Source: Candidatus Omnitrophota bacterium
Lineage (GTDB): Bacteria > Omnitrophota > Gorgyraeia > Duberdicusellales > 4484-171
DNA length: 64,000 bases
Direction of reading: 5' to 3'
NCBI GenBank assembly: GCA_016935525.1
Contig: JAFGQU010000015.1
Coordinates: 4,162-68,161, forward strand
This document shows positions 27,067-36,751 of the stretch, in pieces. The position numbers were made by a program, and so were the translations under genes. Every line of letters starts with the position of its first letter. Positions within the stretch are counted from its first letter, which is position 1. The notes beneath the pieces were generated by a model. It was not told where the DNA came from, searched no databases, and was given only the letters and a program-made list of their open reading frames with translations.

Positions 27067-29349
27067 TTAAAACCCTCGACTGATATTAAAATGGAACCGT
27101 CCCTGTTTGCCTTCTTCACCTGGCTCGTTATCGAGCGGCCAGCCATAATCCAGGTCAATCGGTCCCAAGGGAGTTTTAATCCTCAAACCCACCCCTACGC
27201 TGGATTTAAGCCCGCCCGATAAGAAATCTTTTCTTTCGGCCCAGACATCCCCGGAATCAAAAAAACCGGCTACTTTTAAAAAGTCGGTTAAAGGATACGT
27301 GTACTCGACATTGTACACAAAAAGAGCTTCTCCGCCAATCGGATCTTCCGTGACCGGATCGATCGGTCCGATTTTTCGTTCATTATATCCCCGGATGGTC
27401 GAGGCGCCGCCGGCAAAAAACCGTTCATAAATAGGTACCGTATCGGTATTATCAAAAGGATCGGCAAGCCCGACCCGCGTGCGCAATTCAAATACCGATT
27501 TTTTAAAAAGCGGAAGATACACGCTGAATCGTGAGAAAAGCTTATTAAAATCTTTATCCCCGCCCATAAATCCTCCGGTAAACTGGAAAGAATTGGTAAA
27601 ATAAAACCCTTCGGAAGGATTAAAGACGTTATCCCGGGTATCCCATTGAAGACTTAATTCGATACTACTTAAATCGTTCTCCCCTTCTTCGGCTTTAAGC
27701 GCGGCGGTCGCGGTATCGACCACATCGTCTATTTTCACATTTTCGATCCGGTAGGCGATCCCACCTTTAAGCGTATCGCTAAACTCTTTTGCTAACCGCA
27801 ACGCCCCGCCGGTAGTATCGCTATGATAGGCATAACCGACATCCTCTTCCCGTTCGTGCTCCCGTTTATACACATCAAAACCAAAAGAAACCGGAGTATC
27901 AAAAATCCATGGTTTGGTAAAACTCAGTTCATACGATTCCGATAACGTACCGAAACTGGCATAGAGGCTCAAATCCTGCCCGTCTCCGGTGAATGTATTC
28001 CAGTTCTTATAATCAAAGTTGCGTTGTCGCAGCTCAATGAATCCGATAAATTCATTGATCGAAGAATATCCGCCGCCAAAACTGAAGTAACCGGTTTTTG
28101 CCTCTTTGACATCGACCACAAGATTCTGCCAGTCGGGCTTGGTGCCGGGTTCGGTATCAAACCGTACTTCTTCAAAAAATCCCAGATTCTCCAACCGCTG
28201 ACGCGATTTCTTGATTTTGGTACCTTCGAATTTATCTCCCGGATAAATTCGAAGTTCTCTACGGATGACTTTATCTTTTGTCCTCTGGTTACCCTGAATA
28301 TAGACCATTTCTACATAATTGATGTTGCCTTCCTGAATCTGGAAAGTAATGTCTACCAGCTCGCTTTGAGGGTTAAACACGCTCAGCGGTTTTATCTGGG
28401 CAAAAATATATCCCCGATCAAAATAAAGACTCTGGATTTCCAGAGCTTGTCGTTCTATTTTATTTTTGTTGTAGGTCTCACCCGGCTTAAGGTTGATCAC
28501 CTTTACGATCTCAAAATCAAACACATTTTCATTGCCCTGGAAAGTCACCTCGCCCACATGATAACGCACACCTTCATTCACGTTGATATCGACGACCACA
28601 AACGGACCTTCATAATTCCAGGAATAGTTGACTTTCACTTCACTGAACCCCTGTTCTACATAAAAGTCCTGGATCCGGCGGATATCATCTTCCAGAAGTT
28701 CCTGTTTAAAGATCCCTTTACGGAAAAACCAAGCCTGACGGGTCTTCATCAGTTTTTTGATCCGCTTATCGGAAAAGACGGTATTGCCTTGAACCGTAAT
28801 AGTCCTTACCCGGGCAACCCCTTTTTCGTTTATATCAAAATTCACCACCGCTTCATTGTTCTGGGAATCCCGATCGATCTGATAGGTGACCTCTATTTGC
28901 GAAAACCCTTTACGCAAATACAGATCTTTCACTTTTTCAACAGCTTCTTTTATCCTCAATTCGTCAAGGAATGTGCCTTCTTTCAGGTCGATCAACTCTT
29001 CCAGGCGTTTGCGGTTGATCCGCCGGGCACCTTCTACCGTTATTTTTTTTACGATCGGTTTTTCTTTTACGATAAAACGGATGACGGTGCCACCAAGCAC
29101 ATTCAGCTTCTCGACCTCAACGTTTTCAAAATAACCCAGCCCCATCAACGTTTTGATATCCGAATTGATAATATTCTCATTATAAGGCTGGTTTGCCCGC
29201 ATTTTAATATTGGAGACGACCGTAGAGGTACTGATTACTTTATTGCCTTCAATTTCTATCTTGGAAACGGTCTCTTGAGCACACAGGGAAAGGGTAAAAA
29301 CGAGAGAAAACAGCAGAGAAAACAAATACACTTTTTTAAGAAAGTGCAT
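27067..29349 (-). CDS. bamA: Outer membrane protein assembly factor BamA
   Basis: Five POTRA repeats, IRGY motif, TPLGP--LDYG, C-terminal Phe. Start uncertain (29349 or 29385). Confidence 0.95.
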   Translation of the reverse strand: MHFLKKVYLFSLLFSLVFTLSLCAQETVSKIEIEGNKVISTSTVVSNIKMRANQPYNENIINSDIKTLMGLGYFENVEVEKLNVLGGTVIRFIVKEKPIVKKITVEGARRINRKRLEELIDLKEGTFLDELRIKEAVEKVKDLYLRKGFSQIEVTYQIDRDSQNNEAVVNFDINEKGVARVRTITVQGNTVFSDKRIKKLMKTRQAWFFRKGIFKQELLEDDIRRIQDFYVEQGFSEVKVNYSWNYEGPFVVVDINVNEGVRYHVGEVTFQGNENVFDFEIVKVINLKPGETYNKNKIERQALEIQSLYFDRGYIFAQIKPLSVFNPQSELVDITFQIQEGNINYVEMVYIQGNQRTKDKVIRRELRIYPGDKFEGTKIKKSRQRLENLGFFEEVRFDTEPGTKPDWQNLVVDVKEAKTGYFSFGGGYSSINEFIGFIELRQRNFDYKNWNTFTGDGQDLSLYASFGTLSESYELSFTKPWIFDTPVSFGFDVYKREHEREEDVGYAYHSDTTGGALRLAKEFSDTLKGGIAYRIENVKIDDVVDTATAALKAEEGENDLSSIELSLQWDTRDNVFNPSEGFYFTNSFQFTGGFMGGDKDFNKLFSRFSVYLPLFKKSVFELRTRVGLADPFDNTDTVPIYERFFAGGASTIRGYNERKIGPIDPVTEDPIGGEALFVYNVEYTYPLTDFLKVAGFFDSGDVWAERKDFLSGGLKSSVGVGLRIKTPLGPIDLDYGWPLDNEPGEEGKQGRFHFNISRGF

Positions 29350-29462
29350 ATTACAGGAATACCTTCTACACACTCGTATCCACATTGTTATTTCTATCCT
29401 TTGCCGCAACCGGCTGCTTATATGCGCTGTTTAAAATACTATAGCCCTTAAGTATCTTGCGT

Positions 29463-29491
29463 ATTATACACTAATTAATTTTAAAAGTCAA
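29463..29491 (-). promoter_or_regulatory. sigma70 promoter of the bamA-skp-lpxD-lpxC operon
   Basis: TTGACT-N17-TATAAT; the -35 overlaps the dnaB stop. Confidence 0.75.
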
Positions 29492-30855
29492 TCTTCTCTC
29501 ACCTTAGAAAGATTGACGAATTTCATGAACTCTTTCACGAACCCTACCGAGACACTTCCCACCGGACCGTTGCGCTGTTTGGCAATGATTACCTCAGCCA
29601 TCCCTTTATTTTCGGAAGTCGGGTTATAATATTCTTCCCTTAAAAGCAGCACTACCAGATCGGCATCCTGTTCAATAGCTCCCGATTCTCTTAAATCCGA
29701 TAATTGCGGCCGATGGTCTTGACGAGATTCGACCGCCCGAGAGAGCTGGCTCACCGCAATGATCGGGATATCCAATTCTTTAGACAGCGATTTGAGTGCC
29801 CGGGAAATCTCGGAGATCTCCTGTTGACGAGATTCCCCCCGATGAGCCGAACGAATCATCTGCAAATAATCGATTACCAGAAGTTTTATGTCATGGTGGG
29901 CTTTAAGACGCCGCCCTTTCGCACGGATCTCAAAAATATTCATCGCTGGAGTATCGTCAATGAATATCGGCGCTTCCGAAAGCCTCCCGGCGGCACTGGT
30001 CAATAACGGCCATTCATGGGGGGATAAAAATCCGGTACGCAATTTATGGATATCGACTTTGGCTTGTGAACATAAAAACCGCTGGATAAGCTGAGCCCGC
30101 GACATCTCCAGACTGAAAATAGCAATCGGAAATTTTTCTTCCACCGCGGCATATTCGGCAATATTACAGACAAAAGCACTTTTCCCCATTGACGGCCGGG
30201 CGGCAATAATAATGAGATCTCCATTCTGTAACCCTGCGGTTTTCACATCAAAATCAATAAAACCGGTGGGAAATCCGGTAATATGCGATTTTTTATGATA
30301 CAGTGATTCAATCACTTCGATACTATCCTTTAATACCTCTTTAATATGGATATAACTGCCTTCCACCCGACGTTCACTGATCTCAAAGATCAATCGTTCG
30401 GCATGATCAAGGACACTACTTACCTCTTCTTCTCCTTTATACGACATCGAGAGAATCTGGGTAGCGTTCTGGATCAATAAACGCAAGATGCTTTTCTCAC
30501 GCACGATACGGGCGTAGTAAGCGATATTGCTCGATGAGGGGACAAAATCGGTAAGCGTCGCTAAATAGGCTGCGCCGCCTACTTTTTCGAGCGCCTTTCT
30601 TCTGGTAAGATCTTCAGAAATGGTAAGGATATCGACTTTTTTCCTTTGATCGAAAAGGCTTACCATCGAAGAAAAAATAAGCGCATGTTCCTGCTTATAG
30701 AAACTGCGCTCATCAAGATGTTCCAACGCTTCAGGGATAACCCCGTCATCTAAAAGCATTGCCCCCAACACGGCCATTTCCGCTTCAATATTCTGAGGAG
30801 GAAGCTTATCGATTTCGGGCTGGGTAGAAGAAATGTTCATTTTTTCACTATCCAT
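29488..30855 (-). CDS. dnaB: Replicative DNA helicase
   Basis: PPQNIEAE-AVLG, AARPSMGKS, DYLQ, SQLSRAVE-R, DLRESG-IEQDAD, KQRNGP. No intein. Confidence 0.98.
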   Translation of the reverse strand: MDSEKMNISSTQPEIDKLPPQNIEAEMAVLGAMLLDDGVIPEALEHLDERSFYKQEHALIFSSMVSLFDQRKKVDILTISEDLTRRKALEKVGGAAYLATLTDFVPSSSNIAYYARIVREKSILRLLIQNATQILSMSYKGEEEVSSVLDHAERLIFEISERRVEGSYIHIKEVLKDSIEVIESLYHKKSHITGFPTGFIDFDVKTAGLQNGDLIIIAARPSMGKSAFVCNIAEYAAVEEKFPIAIFSLEMSRAQLIQRFLCSQAKVDIHKLRTGFLSPHEWPLLTSAAGRLSEAPIFIDDTPAMNIFEIRAKGRRLKAHHDIKLLVIDYLQMIRSAHRGESRQQEISEISRALKSLSKELDIPIIAVSQLSRAVESRQDHRPQLSDLRESGAIEQDADLVVLLLREEYYNPTSENKGMAEVIIAKQRNGPVGSVSVGFVKEFMKFVNLSKVRED

Positions 30856-31280
30856 ATCCGCAAATTGGCGGTTACGGCAGGATGTAATTTGACGGTTATA
30901 TTATATACACCCAATTTTCTTATCGGCTCTGACGAGACGATCGCGTTTTCATCGACTTCGATGTTTTCCTCACGCAACCCTTTGACGATTTGGGATATAC
31001 TTACTGAACCGTAGAGCTCATCATCTTCTTTGGCTTCCATGGTCATGGTCAGAGAAAGTTTCTCGATCTGCTCTTTAACCAGTACCGCCTGTTCTTCTTT
31101 CTTTTTAAGCGCTTTACTTTCCCTCACACGAAGTTCTTCCAGCTTCTGGAAATTATCCTTAGTTGCCGCTATGGCAAATCCCCGGGGGATCAGAAAATTA
31201 CGGGCATACCCGTCTTTAGCTTCGACGACATCACCGCTTTTACCTAACTTTCGATATTCTTTCACCATAATTATTTTCAT
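30837..31280 (-). CDS. rplI: 50S ribosomal protein L9
   Basis: LGK-GDVV--KDGYARNFLIP, LYGSV, I--LG. Confidence 0.97.
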   Translation of the reverse strand: MKIIMVKEYRKLGKSGDVVEAKDGYARNFLIPRGFAIAATKDNFQKLEELRVRESKALKKKEEQAVLVKEQIEKLSLTMTMEAKEDDELYGSVSISQIVKGLREENIEVDENAIVSSEPIRKLGVYNITVKLHPAVTANLRIWIVKK

Positions 31281-31293
31281 GTAAACTCCTTGG

Positions 31294-31530
31294 TTACTTT
31301 CCTATATAGGGAAGTAAACTTAAAAAGCGCGCTCGTTTGATCTCGACGGTTATTTTCCGCTGGTGTTTGGCGCAATTGCCCGAAAATCGGCGGGAAACGA
31401 TCTTGCCCTTGGAAGAAACGTATCGCGAAAGAAGCGTAATATCTTTATAATCGATATCTACTTCTTTTTTGCAGAACGCACAACTTTTTTTAAACAACAC
31501 CTGTTTGGTCCGCTTTTTCTTGATTATCAT
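31294..31530 (-). CDS. rpsR: 30S ribosomal protein S18 (Zn-binding C+ form)
   Basis: [32 protein letters not shown]. Confidence 0.97.
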   Translation of the reverse strand: MIIKKKRTKQVLFKKSCAFCKKEVDIDYKDITLLSRYVSSKGKIVSRRFSGNCAKHQRKITVEIKRARFLSLLPYIGK

Positions 31531-31541
31531 GTATCTGCCTC

Positions 31542-31961
31542 CTATTCCTCTGGACTATAATTTTCTAAAGGGACTGCTTCCTCCGGTTCATTTCCCAGAT
31601 CAATATCGGAAGTAGCCTGCGCCCGGGCACCGCCTTGAGGGAGAAACTGTACCCGCCCGGCACGGACTTCAATGGTACTGCGGTTTTTCCCTTCGGAATT
31701 CTGCCAGGTGCGGGATTGCAATCGGCCTTCGACAAGGATCGCTCGCCCTTTTTGAAGGTATTGATTACACACCTCAGCCATCTGCCCCCAGGCAATCACA
31801 TTAATAAAACAAGTCTCCTTTTTTGCTTCACCAGCTCGATCTTTAAACATGGTATTGACCGCGATCCTTAATGTCGCAACTGCCGCCCCCTGAGGCGTAT
31901 AACGCAATTGCGGGTCCTGGGTTAAATTCCCTACTAAAAATATCTTATTTAGATTAACCAC
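31542..31961 (-). CDS. ssb: Single-stranded DNA-binding protein
   Basis: NK--LVGNL--DP-LRYT--G, KG--ILVEGRL--R-W. Confidence 0.96.
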   Translation of the reverse strand: MVNLNKIFLVGNLTQDPQLRYTPQGAAVATLRIAVNTMFKDRAGEAKKETCFINVIAWGQMAEVCNQYLQKGRAILVEGRLQSRTWQNSEGKNRSTIEVRAGRVQFLPQGGARAQATSDIDLGNEPEEAVPLENYSPEE

Positions 31962-31971
31962 GCCTACCCCC

Positions 31972-32289
31972 TTATATTTTACTTCTCCTAAATATAACGC
32001 TTCTTAAGATATCTTCTTCTAAACGGACCGTTTCTTTTAAATCCCCGAGATGCTCGATATCCAGGGAAAAATCAAGTAACCAATACAAACCGCGATCGTA
32101 CTTCTTCCGGCCGGTACCCCGGGATTGGATCGCATAACAAAAATTTCTTTCTTTTGCCCATACTTTTGCTTCAACGACTTTTCCGCCCAAATCTTTGATT
32201 TTTTTGGTGATTTTATCGAATATTTTTTCTCTTACTTCATCGGTAAGTTCCGGCCGCAAAATCATCATTGATTCATAGGTACGTTCCAT
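31972..32289 (-). CDS. rpsF: 30S ribosomal protein S6
   Basis: YE-M-ILRP, GG, Y-I, ILR; rpsF-ssb-rpsR-rplI synteny. Confidence 0.93.
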   Translation of the reverse strand: MERTYESMMILRPELTDEVREKIFDKITKKIKDLGGKVVEAKVWAKERNFCYAIQSRGTGRKKYDRGLYWLLDFSLDIEHLGDLKETVRLEEDILRSVIFRRSKI

Positions 32290-32295
32290 TAGTCC

Positions 32296-32859
32296 TCACT
32301 TTCTTTGATTATATTTCTGCATCACTTGTTCAATTCCATACTGGACCCACTCCCGGCAGGCAGTCTCAGCCTGGGTAAGGGCTTGGTCTATCACCACAGT
32401 TTCATCATCATTAAAATCCGATAATACGTATTCCACAGGATCCATATCCTGAGGCCGGGATATCCCTATTTTTAAGCGGGGGATATCCTGAGTACGCAGT
32501 GTAGCCAAGATCGAATCAAGCCCATTATGCCCGGCAGCCCGGCCCGAACGCGCGAACTTGATACGACCCAATTCTATATCCATATCGTCATACACGATAA
32601 GCAGGTCGTTTACATCATACCCTCTCGGGAGACACCTGGCGAGGGCACTTCCGGAATGATTCATAAAGGTAAGCGGTTTTACCAGAAGCACTTCCTGGCC
32701 ATATAGTTTTTCTTGAATAATATAAGCCCGTTTTAACAAAGAACGGCGGAACGACACCCCGGTTTTTTTCGCGATCCGGTCAACAGCCATAAATCCGGTA
32801 TTATGCCGATTACGGCAATATGTGCTGCCGGGATTGCCTAAGCCAACGATTACTTTCAA
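32296..32859 (-). CDS. pth: Peptidyl-tRNA hydrolase
   Basis: IVGLGNPG--Y---RHN-GF, KP-TFMN-SG, GHNGL. Confidence 0.97.
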   Translation of the reverse strand: MKVIVGLGNPGSTYCRNRHNTGFMAVDRIAKKTGVSFRRSLLKRAYIIQEKLYGQEVLLVKPLTFMNHSGSALARCLPRGYDVNDLLIVYDDMDIELGRIKFARSGRAAGHNGLDSILATLRTQDIPRLKIGISRPQDMDPVEYVLSDFNDDETVVIDQALTQAETACREWVQYGIEQVMQKYNQRK

Positions 32860-32900
32860 TGCGAAATATATTTATGAGGAGACCAGAAAGTTTTATGGAT

Positions 32901-33590
32901 CTATTCTTTTTCTTTTCCTTTTTCTTTCTGGCCCTCTTGGGGTTTCTTTTCTTTAATCACTTCCGGTTCGGCCGGTGCAGCTCCCTCTACTATCGCCGCC
33001 TCCGCGGGGGGTTCCTCAGGCTCTTCTTCTTTTGCGGCTAAGATAGCGATGGTGTCCTCGGTATGACTCAAGATCTTTATCTTTTCGCCTACATTAAGAC
33101 TTCCGACGTGGATCGAGTCGCCCAGTTCTAAAGAAGAGACATCTACTTCGATTGCTTCCGGCAAGTCCATAGGAAAAGCTTCGATCTCCACTTCCCGCAA
33201 TAAATGCTCAAGTATTGCGCCATCTTTTACCGCGGCCGGCTCGCCTTTAAGTACCAGCGGCACTCTGACCCGGATCTTCTCTTTCATGGATACTTTCAAA
33301 AAATCAATATGGATCACCTCTTCGGTGAGCGGATGGAACTGGACATCCTTGATTACCGCCGCAACCGGCTCCTGATCTTTCGCCGAATGATCCATAACGA
33401 TCTCTACGAGAGCGCTTTCGGAGAAACGATGGGCTCTTAACACTTTCAACTCGGCAATCGGGATCTTGATCGATTGGTTAGTTTTTTTCCCGTAAATAAT
33501 CGCCGGGATGAATCCCTGTTTACGTATTTTTTTTGCTTTTTCTTGGGTGGTGATTTCTCGAGGATCTCCTTTAATCTGAATTTTCTCCAT
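32901..33590 (-). CDS. rplY: 50S ribosomal protein L25 / general stress protein Ctc
   Basis: R--G-IPAIIYG, KDVQFHP, HIDF, TL5 C-terminal domain. Confidence 0.96.
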   Translation of the reverse strand: MEKIQIKGDPREITTQEKAKKIRKQGFIPAIIYGKKTNQSIKIPIAELKVLRAHRFSESALVEIVMDHSAKDQEPVAAVIKDVQFHPLTEEVIHIDFLKVSMKEKIRVRVPLVLKGEPAAVKDGAILEHLLREVEIEAFPMDLPEAIEVDVSSLELGDSIHVGSLNVGEKIKILSHTEDTIAILAAKEEEPEEPPAEAAIVEGAAPAEPEVIKEKKPQEGQKEKGKEKE

Positions 33591-33592
33591 TG

Positions 33593-34531
33593 CTAGCTCC
33601 TTATTGAATCAAACAAGATACTGATTGATTGTTCCAGATAAATTCTCTTTATTGCTTCGGCAAACAATTTACTCACGGTAACCACTCTGATTTTTTTACT
33701 CTTTTTTTCTGCCGCTAACGGTATCGAATCGGTCATCACTAAAAAGTCTATGGGAGAATTCTCGATCTTCTCGACCGCGTTCGCCGAAAGTATTCCATGA
33801 GTAATACAGGCATATATCTTCTTTGCGCCGGTTTTTTTTATCGCCCGGGACGCTTCCACCAACGAACTGCCTGTCGCGACAATGTCATCGACTAAAATGA
33901 CATTCTTGCCTTTTACTTCGCCTAAAATATGCATCACTTCCGTGGCATCCGGCGAATTACGCCGTTTATCGACAATCGCCAACCCCGCACCAAAACGTTT
34001 TGCGTAAGCCCGGGCCATCTTGATACCGCCGACATCGGGAGAACCGATAACCAGATTATTGAGGCGGATCTTCTTAAAATAATCGATAAATACATTTACC
34101 GCATAAAGATGATCTAACGGTATGTCAAAGAATCCCTGGAGCTGGCCGGCATGTAAATCCAGAGTTAAGACCCGGTGAGCTCCCGATCCGACCAGGAGAT
34201 TGGCGACCAATTTGGCGGTAATCGGTACCCGCGGTTGATCTTTCCGGTCTTGACGAGCGTAGCCAAAATAAGGGATCACTGCCGTAAGCCGTTTAGGGGA
34301 TGCCCGGCGCAGAGCATCAAGCATGATCAAAAATTCCATCAAGTTTTCATTGACCGGCGGACAGGTCGATTGGATGACAAATACGTCTTTACCGCGCAAG
34401 TTTTCCTGTATCTCCACGCGAACTTCTCCATCACTGAACCGCCCGATGAGCGCCCGGCCCAGTTTAAGACCTAATTCTTTACAGATTTTTTTGGCAAGAT
34501 CCGGATTAGAATTACCGCTGAACACTAACAC
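33593..34531 (-). CDS. prs: Ribose-phosphate pyrophosphokinase
   Basis: FSDGE, PYFGYARQDRK, DLHA-Q-QGFF, VDD--ATG. Confidence 0.98.
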   Translation of the reverse strand: MLVFSGNSNPDLAKKICKELGLKLGRALIGRFSDGEVRVEIQENLRGKDVFVIQSTCPPVNENLMEFLIMLDALRRASPKRLTAVIPYFGYARQDRKDQPRVPITAKLVANLLVGSGAHRVLTLDLHAGQLQGFFDIPLDHLYAVNVFIDYFKKIRLNNLVIGSPDVGGIKMARAYAKRFGAGLAIVDKRRNSPDATEVMHILGEVKGKNVILVDDIVATGSSLVEASRAIKKTGAKKIYACITHGILSANAVEKIENSPIDFLVMTDSIPLAAEKKSKKIRVVTVSKLFAEAIKRIYLEQSISILFDSIRS

Positions 34532-34535
34532 CGCA

Positions 34536-35792
34536 CTACCCTTTCTTTTTAGAGAATGTACGAGCCGGAACTCCCACTACAGTCGTATTCTTTTTCACGT
34601 TTTTAGTCACCACACATCCGGCTCCGGTCCTGGCGTTATCGCCGATAGCCAGCGGAGCAACAATAACCGTATCTGAACCGATAAATACGTTTTTACCGAC
34701 TACCGTCTTATTTTTATTCCGGCCGTCGTAATTAGCAAAAACCGCTCCCGCACCGATGTTTGACCCCTGGCCGATATACGCATCGCCGATATAACTAAAA
34801 TGTTTCGCCCGGACATGTTTTCCTAAGACCGAACGATTGATTTCAGTGAAGTTCCCGACGCTGGTATCGTCTTTAATTATACTGCCTTTGCGCACTCGGG
34901 CGAAAGGCCCAATGCGACAATTGCTGCCAATTATAACATCATTTTCTATAAAGGTAAAGGGGTAAATTATCGTGTCGGCCCCGATTTTCACTCCACAATG
35001 AACATAGGTCGTATCCGGATCGATAATTCTGACCCCGACACCCATTGCTTTTTCTAAAAGCCTCTTGTTCAATGACTTATAAGCAAAAGCCAGGTCGCCC
35101 AGATCATTGACCCCCATGATCTGGGTCCAATCATCAATAAATACGCTCTCGGTTTTATAGCGATTTTGGTTGAAAATCTCGATAATATCGGTTACATAAT
35201 ATTCTTTTTTATGAGGATTCATCCTGATCTTTTTGAGACCCCCAATGAGATGTTTTTTAGAAAAACAATACATACCGCTATTGACTTCGTCTATACGCTG
35301 TTTTAAATCGCGTTTTTCGATGATCCGGGCTATCTTCCCCTGCCGGTCCCGGAAAATCCTTCCCAGCGAGTTTTCATAAGGGAGACTGCTGGTCGCAACC
35401 AACGCGCAGGATTTCGTGCGGCGGTATGTCTTCAGAAAATGAATAAGAGTAGCTTTGGTCATTAACGGAGTATCTCCGCACATAACGAGCACATCACTTC
35501 CCTTAGTTTTGGCAAGTCCGGCTTCGACGGCCTTGGCGGTCCCGTTGAGTTTCTTTTGATAGGCAAATTTTATTTTAGGAAAAGCTTTACGGATGACCGG
35601 CTCGATGATCTCTTTCTGGTGGCCGAGCACGACGATTATCTCGGAAATCGCTCTCACAACATCTAATTGTGCTAGCAGATGGAAAATAAGCGGCCGACCG
35701 CCTAAGTCGAGGATGATTTTAGGTGTTTTTTGTTTAATCCGGGTGCTTTTCCCGGCGGCGAGAATAATTGCGCTTATGCCTGCTTTGCTCAT
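34536..35792 (-). CDS. glmU: Bifunctional GlcNAc-1-P uridyltransferase / acetyltransferase
   Basis: LAAGK-TR, GT--AV, GD-PL, EYY-TD, H-SY-GDA, NYDG-NK. Confidence 0.93.
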   Translation of the reverse strand: MSKAGISAIILAAGKSTRIKQKTPKIILDLGGRPLIFHLLAQLDVVRAISEIIVVLGHQKEIIEPVIRKAFPKIKFAYQKKLNGTAKAVEAGLAKTKGSDVLVMCGDTPLMTKATLIHFLKTYRRTKSCALVATSSLPYENSLGRIFRDRQGKIARIIEKRDLKQRIDEVNSGMYCFSKKHLIGGLKKIRMNPHKKEYYVTDIIEIFNQNRYKTESVFIDDWTQIMGVNDLGDLAFAYKSLNKRLLEKAMGVGVRIIDPDTTYVHCGVKIGADTIIYPFTFIENDVIIGSNCRIGPFARVRKGSIIKDDTSVGNFTEINRSVLGKHVRAKHFSYIGDAYIGQGSNIGAGAVFANYDGRNKNKTVVGKNVFIGSDTVIVAPLAIGDNARTGAGCVVTKNVKKNTTVVGVPARTFSKKKG

Positions 35793-35817
35793 TTAACCAT
35801 ACATTTTTATTTTCCCT

Positions 35818-35997
35818 TTAATAATTGATCAATCCCGATAGCATTTTACAGATAAATTCTCTTTTAAAACTTTAGCCTGTGCTTCTTCAATCAATCCTTT
35901 TCTTTTGCATAATTCCAGAATCGGTATACATTCGAAAGCAGAACCTCGGGATATTCTAAAAAAATTCTTCCTGTCAGCCTTGCTATACTTACCGTAG
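35818..35997 (-). pseudogene. Fragment of four-helix-bundle (23S rRNA IVP / TIGR02436-like) gene, 5'-truncated and frameshifted
   Basis: Manual translation: YGKYSKADRKNFFRISRGSAFECIPILELCKRKGLI...ENL, then a shifted frame CKMLSGLINY*. An in-frame stop lies upstream and there is no start codon. Confidence 0.75.
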
Positions 35998-36071
35998 ACC
36001 GCATTGAGTCTTTATTCTTGCTCTTGTTCTATTTTCTATTGCTCCACCATAAATTTGCTCTCGCAAATCTA

Positions 36072-36146
36072 TGGTTGCCCGGTGAGGACTCGAACCTCAA
36101 AACTCAGCTCCAAAAGCTGATGTGTTACCGATTACACTACCGGGCA
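36072..36146 (-). tRNA. tRNA-Gln (TTG)
   Basis: TGCCCGG acceptor stem, anticodon arm TCAGC-TTTTGGA-GCTGA, GGTTCGAGTCC T arm, encoded CCA; the usual ispE/prs neighbourhood. Confidence 0.97.
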
Positions 36147-36294
36147 TCAATCGTTCTTTTTATCCACCACTCACATCTTATTTCTACAGAAAAAAACCGG
36201 GTTTAAATAAAATTGATTACGTCCCCAGGGAGTGGGTTTGTATATACTATCCGTGTAAAGAACACCTTTTCACGAATATATATGGACACTGCAG

Positions 36295-36735
36295 TTACAA
36301 AGAAGAAGAGGATTCCTTCTCTACATCTACAGGTTCTCTCTCAGGTATACTTGACTGTCCGGAATCTTGATTCTGCTTTTCCTGATAATAGGCATCAAGG
36401 ACCCTGCTCTGTAAATAATCGCGAAACTCCTGATTGATCGGATGAGCGAGATCCTGATGCATCCCCTGTTTGTTCTGCGTGAGATCTTTTGGTGGCGGAG
36501 GGGCTTGGACGCCGCACCAGTTGCAGAAACGGGAGCCTACTTCTACTTTTTTGCCGCAGCGAGTACAAAAATTTTTCATCTTTCGTGCCGGCATCGCGAC
36601 AAAAAGGCCTTGATTACCTTCTACGACTTTGATATTCCTCACCACAAAAGAATTATCAAAAGTAACAGTCGCATATGCTTTGAGTCTCTTTGATTCACCC
36701 TCACGAAGAGAAATCCTGACCTCAGTAATCTCCAT
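36295..36735 (-). CDS. spoVG: SpoVG family protein with zinc-ribbon insertion
   Basis: MEITEVRI, LKAYA-VTFD--FVV--IKV--G--GLFVAMP, CxxC...CxxC insert, D-AHPIN. Confidence 0.92.
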   Translation of the reverse strand: MEITEVRISLREGESKRLKAYATVTFDNSFVVRNIKVVEGNQGLFVAMPARKMKNFCTRCGKKVEVGSRFCNWCGVQAPPPPKDLTQNKQGMHQDLAHPINQEFRDYLQSRVLDAYYQEKQNQDSGQSSIPEREPVDVEKESSSSL

Positions 36736-36751
36736 AGAAAAACCCTCCTTT

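Noticed and set aside
28024-29451. 475-aa plus-strand ORF
   Set aside because: Lies antisense to bamA, has no recognisable motifs or RBS, and is best explained as a shadow ORF from codon bias. The same applies to the many shorter antisense and alternate-frame ORFs in the track.
36046-36146. tRNA-Gln as a prophage or island attachment site
   Set aside because: No integrase and no duplicated tRNA 3' end; core synteny resumes within about 280 bp.
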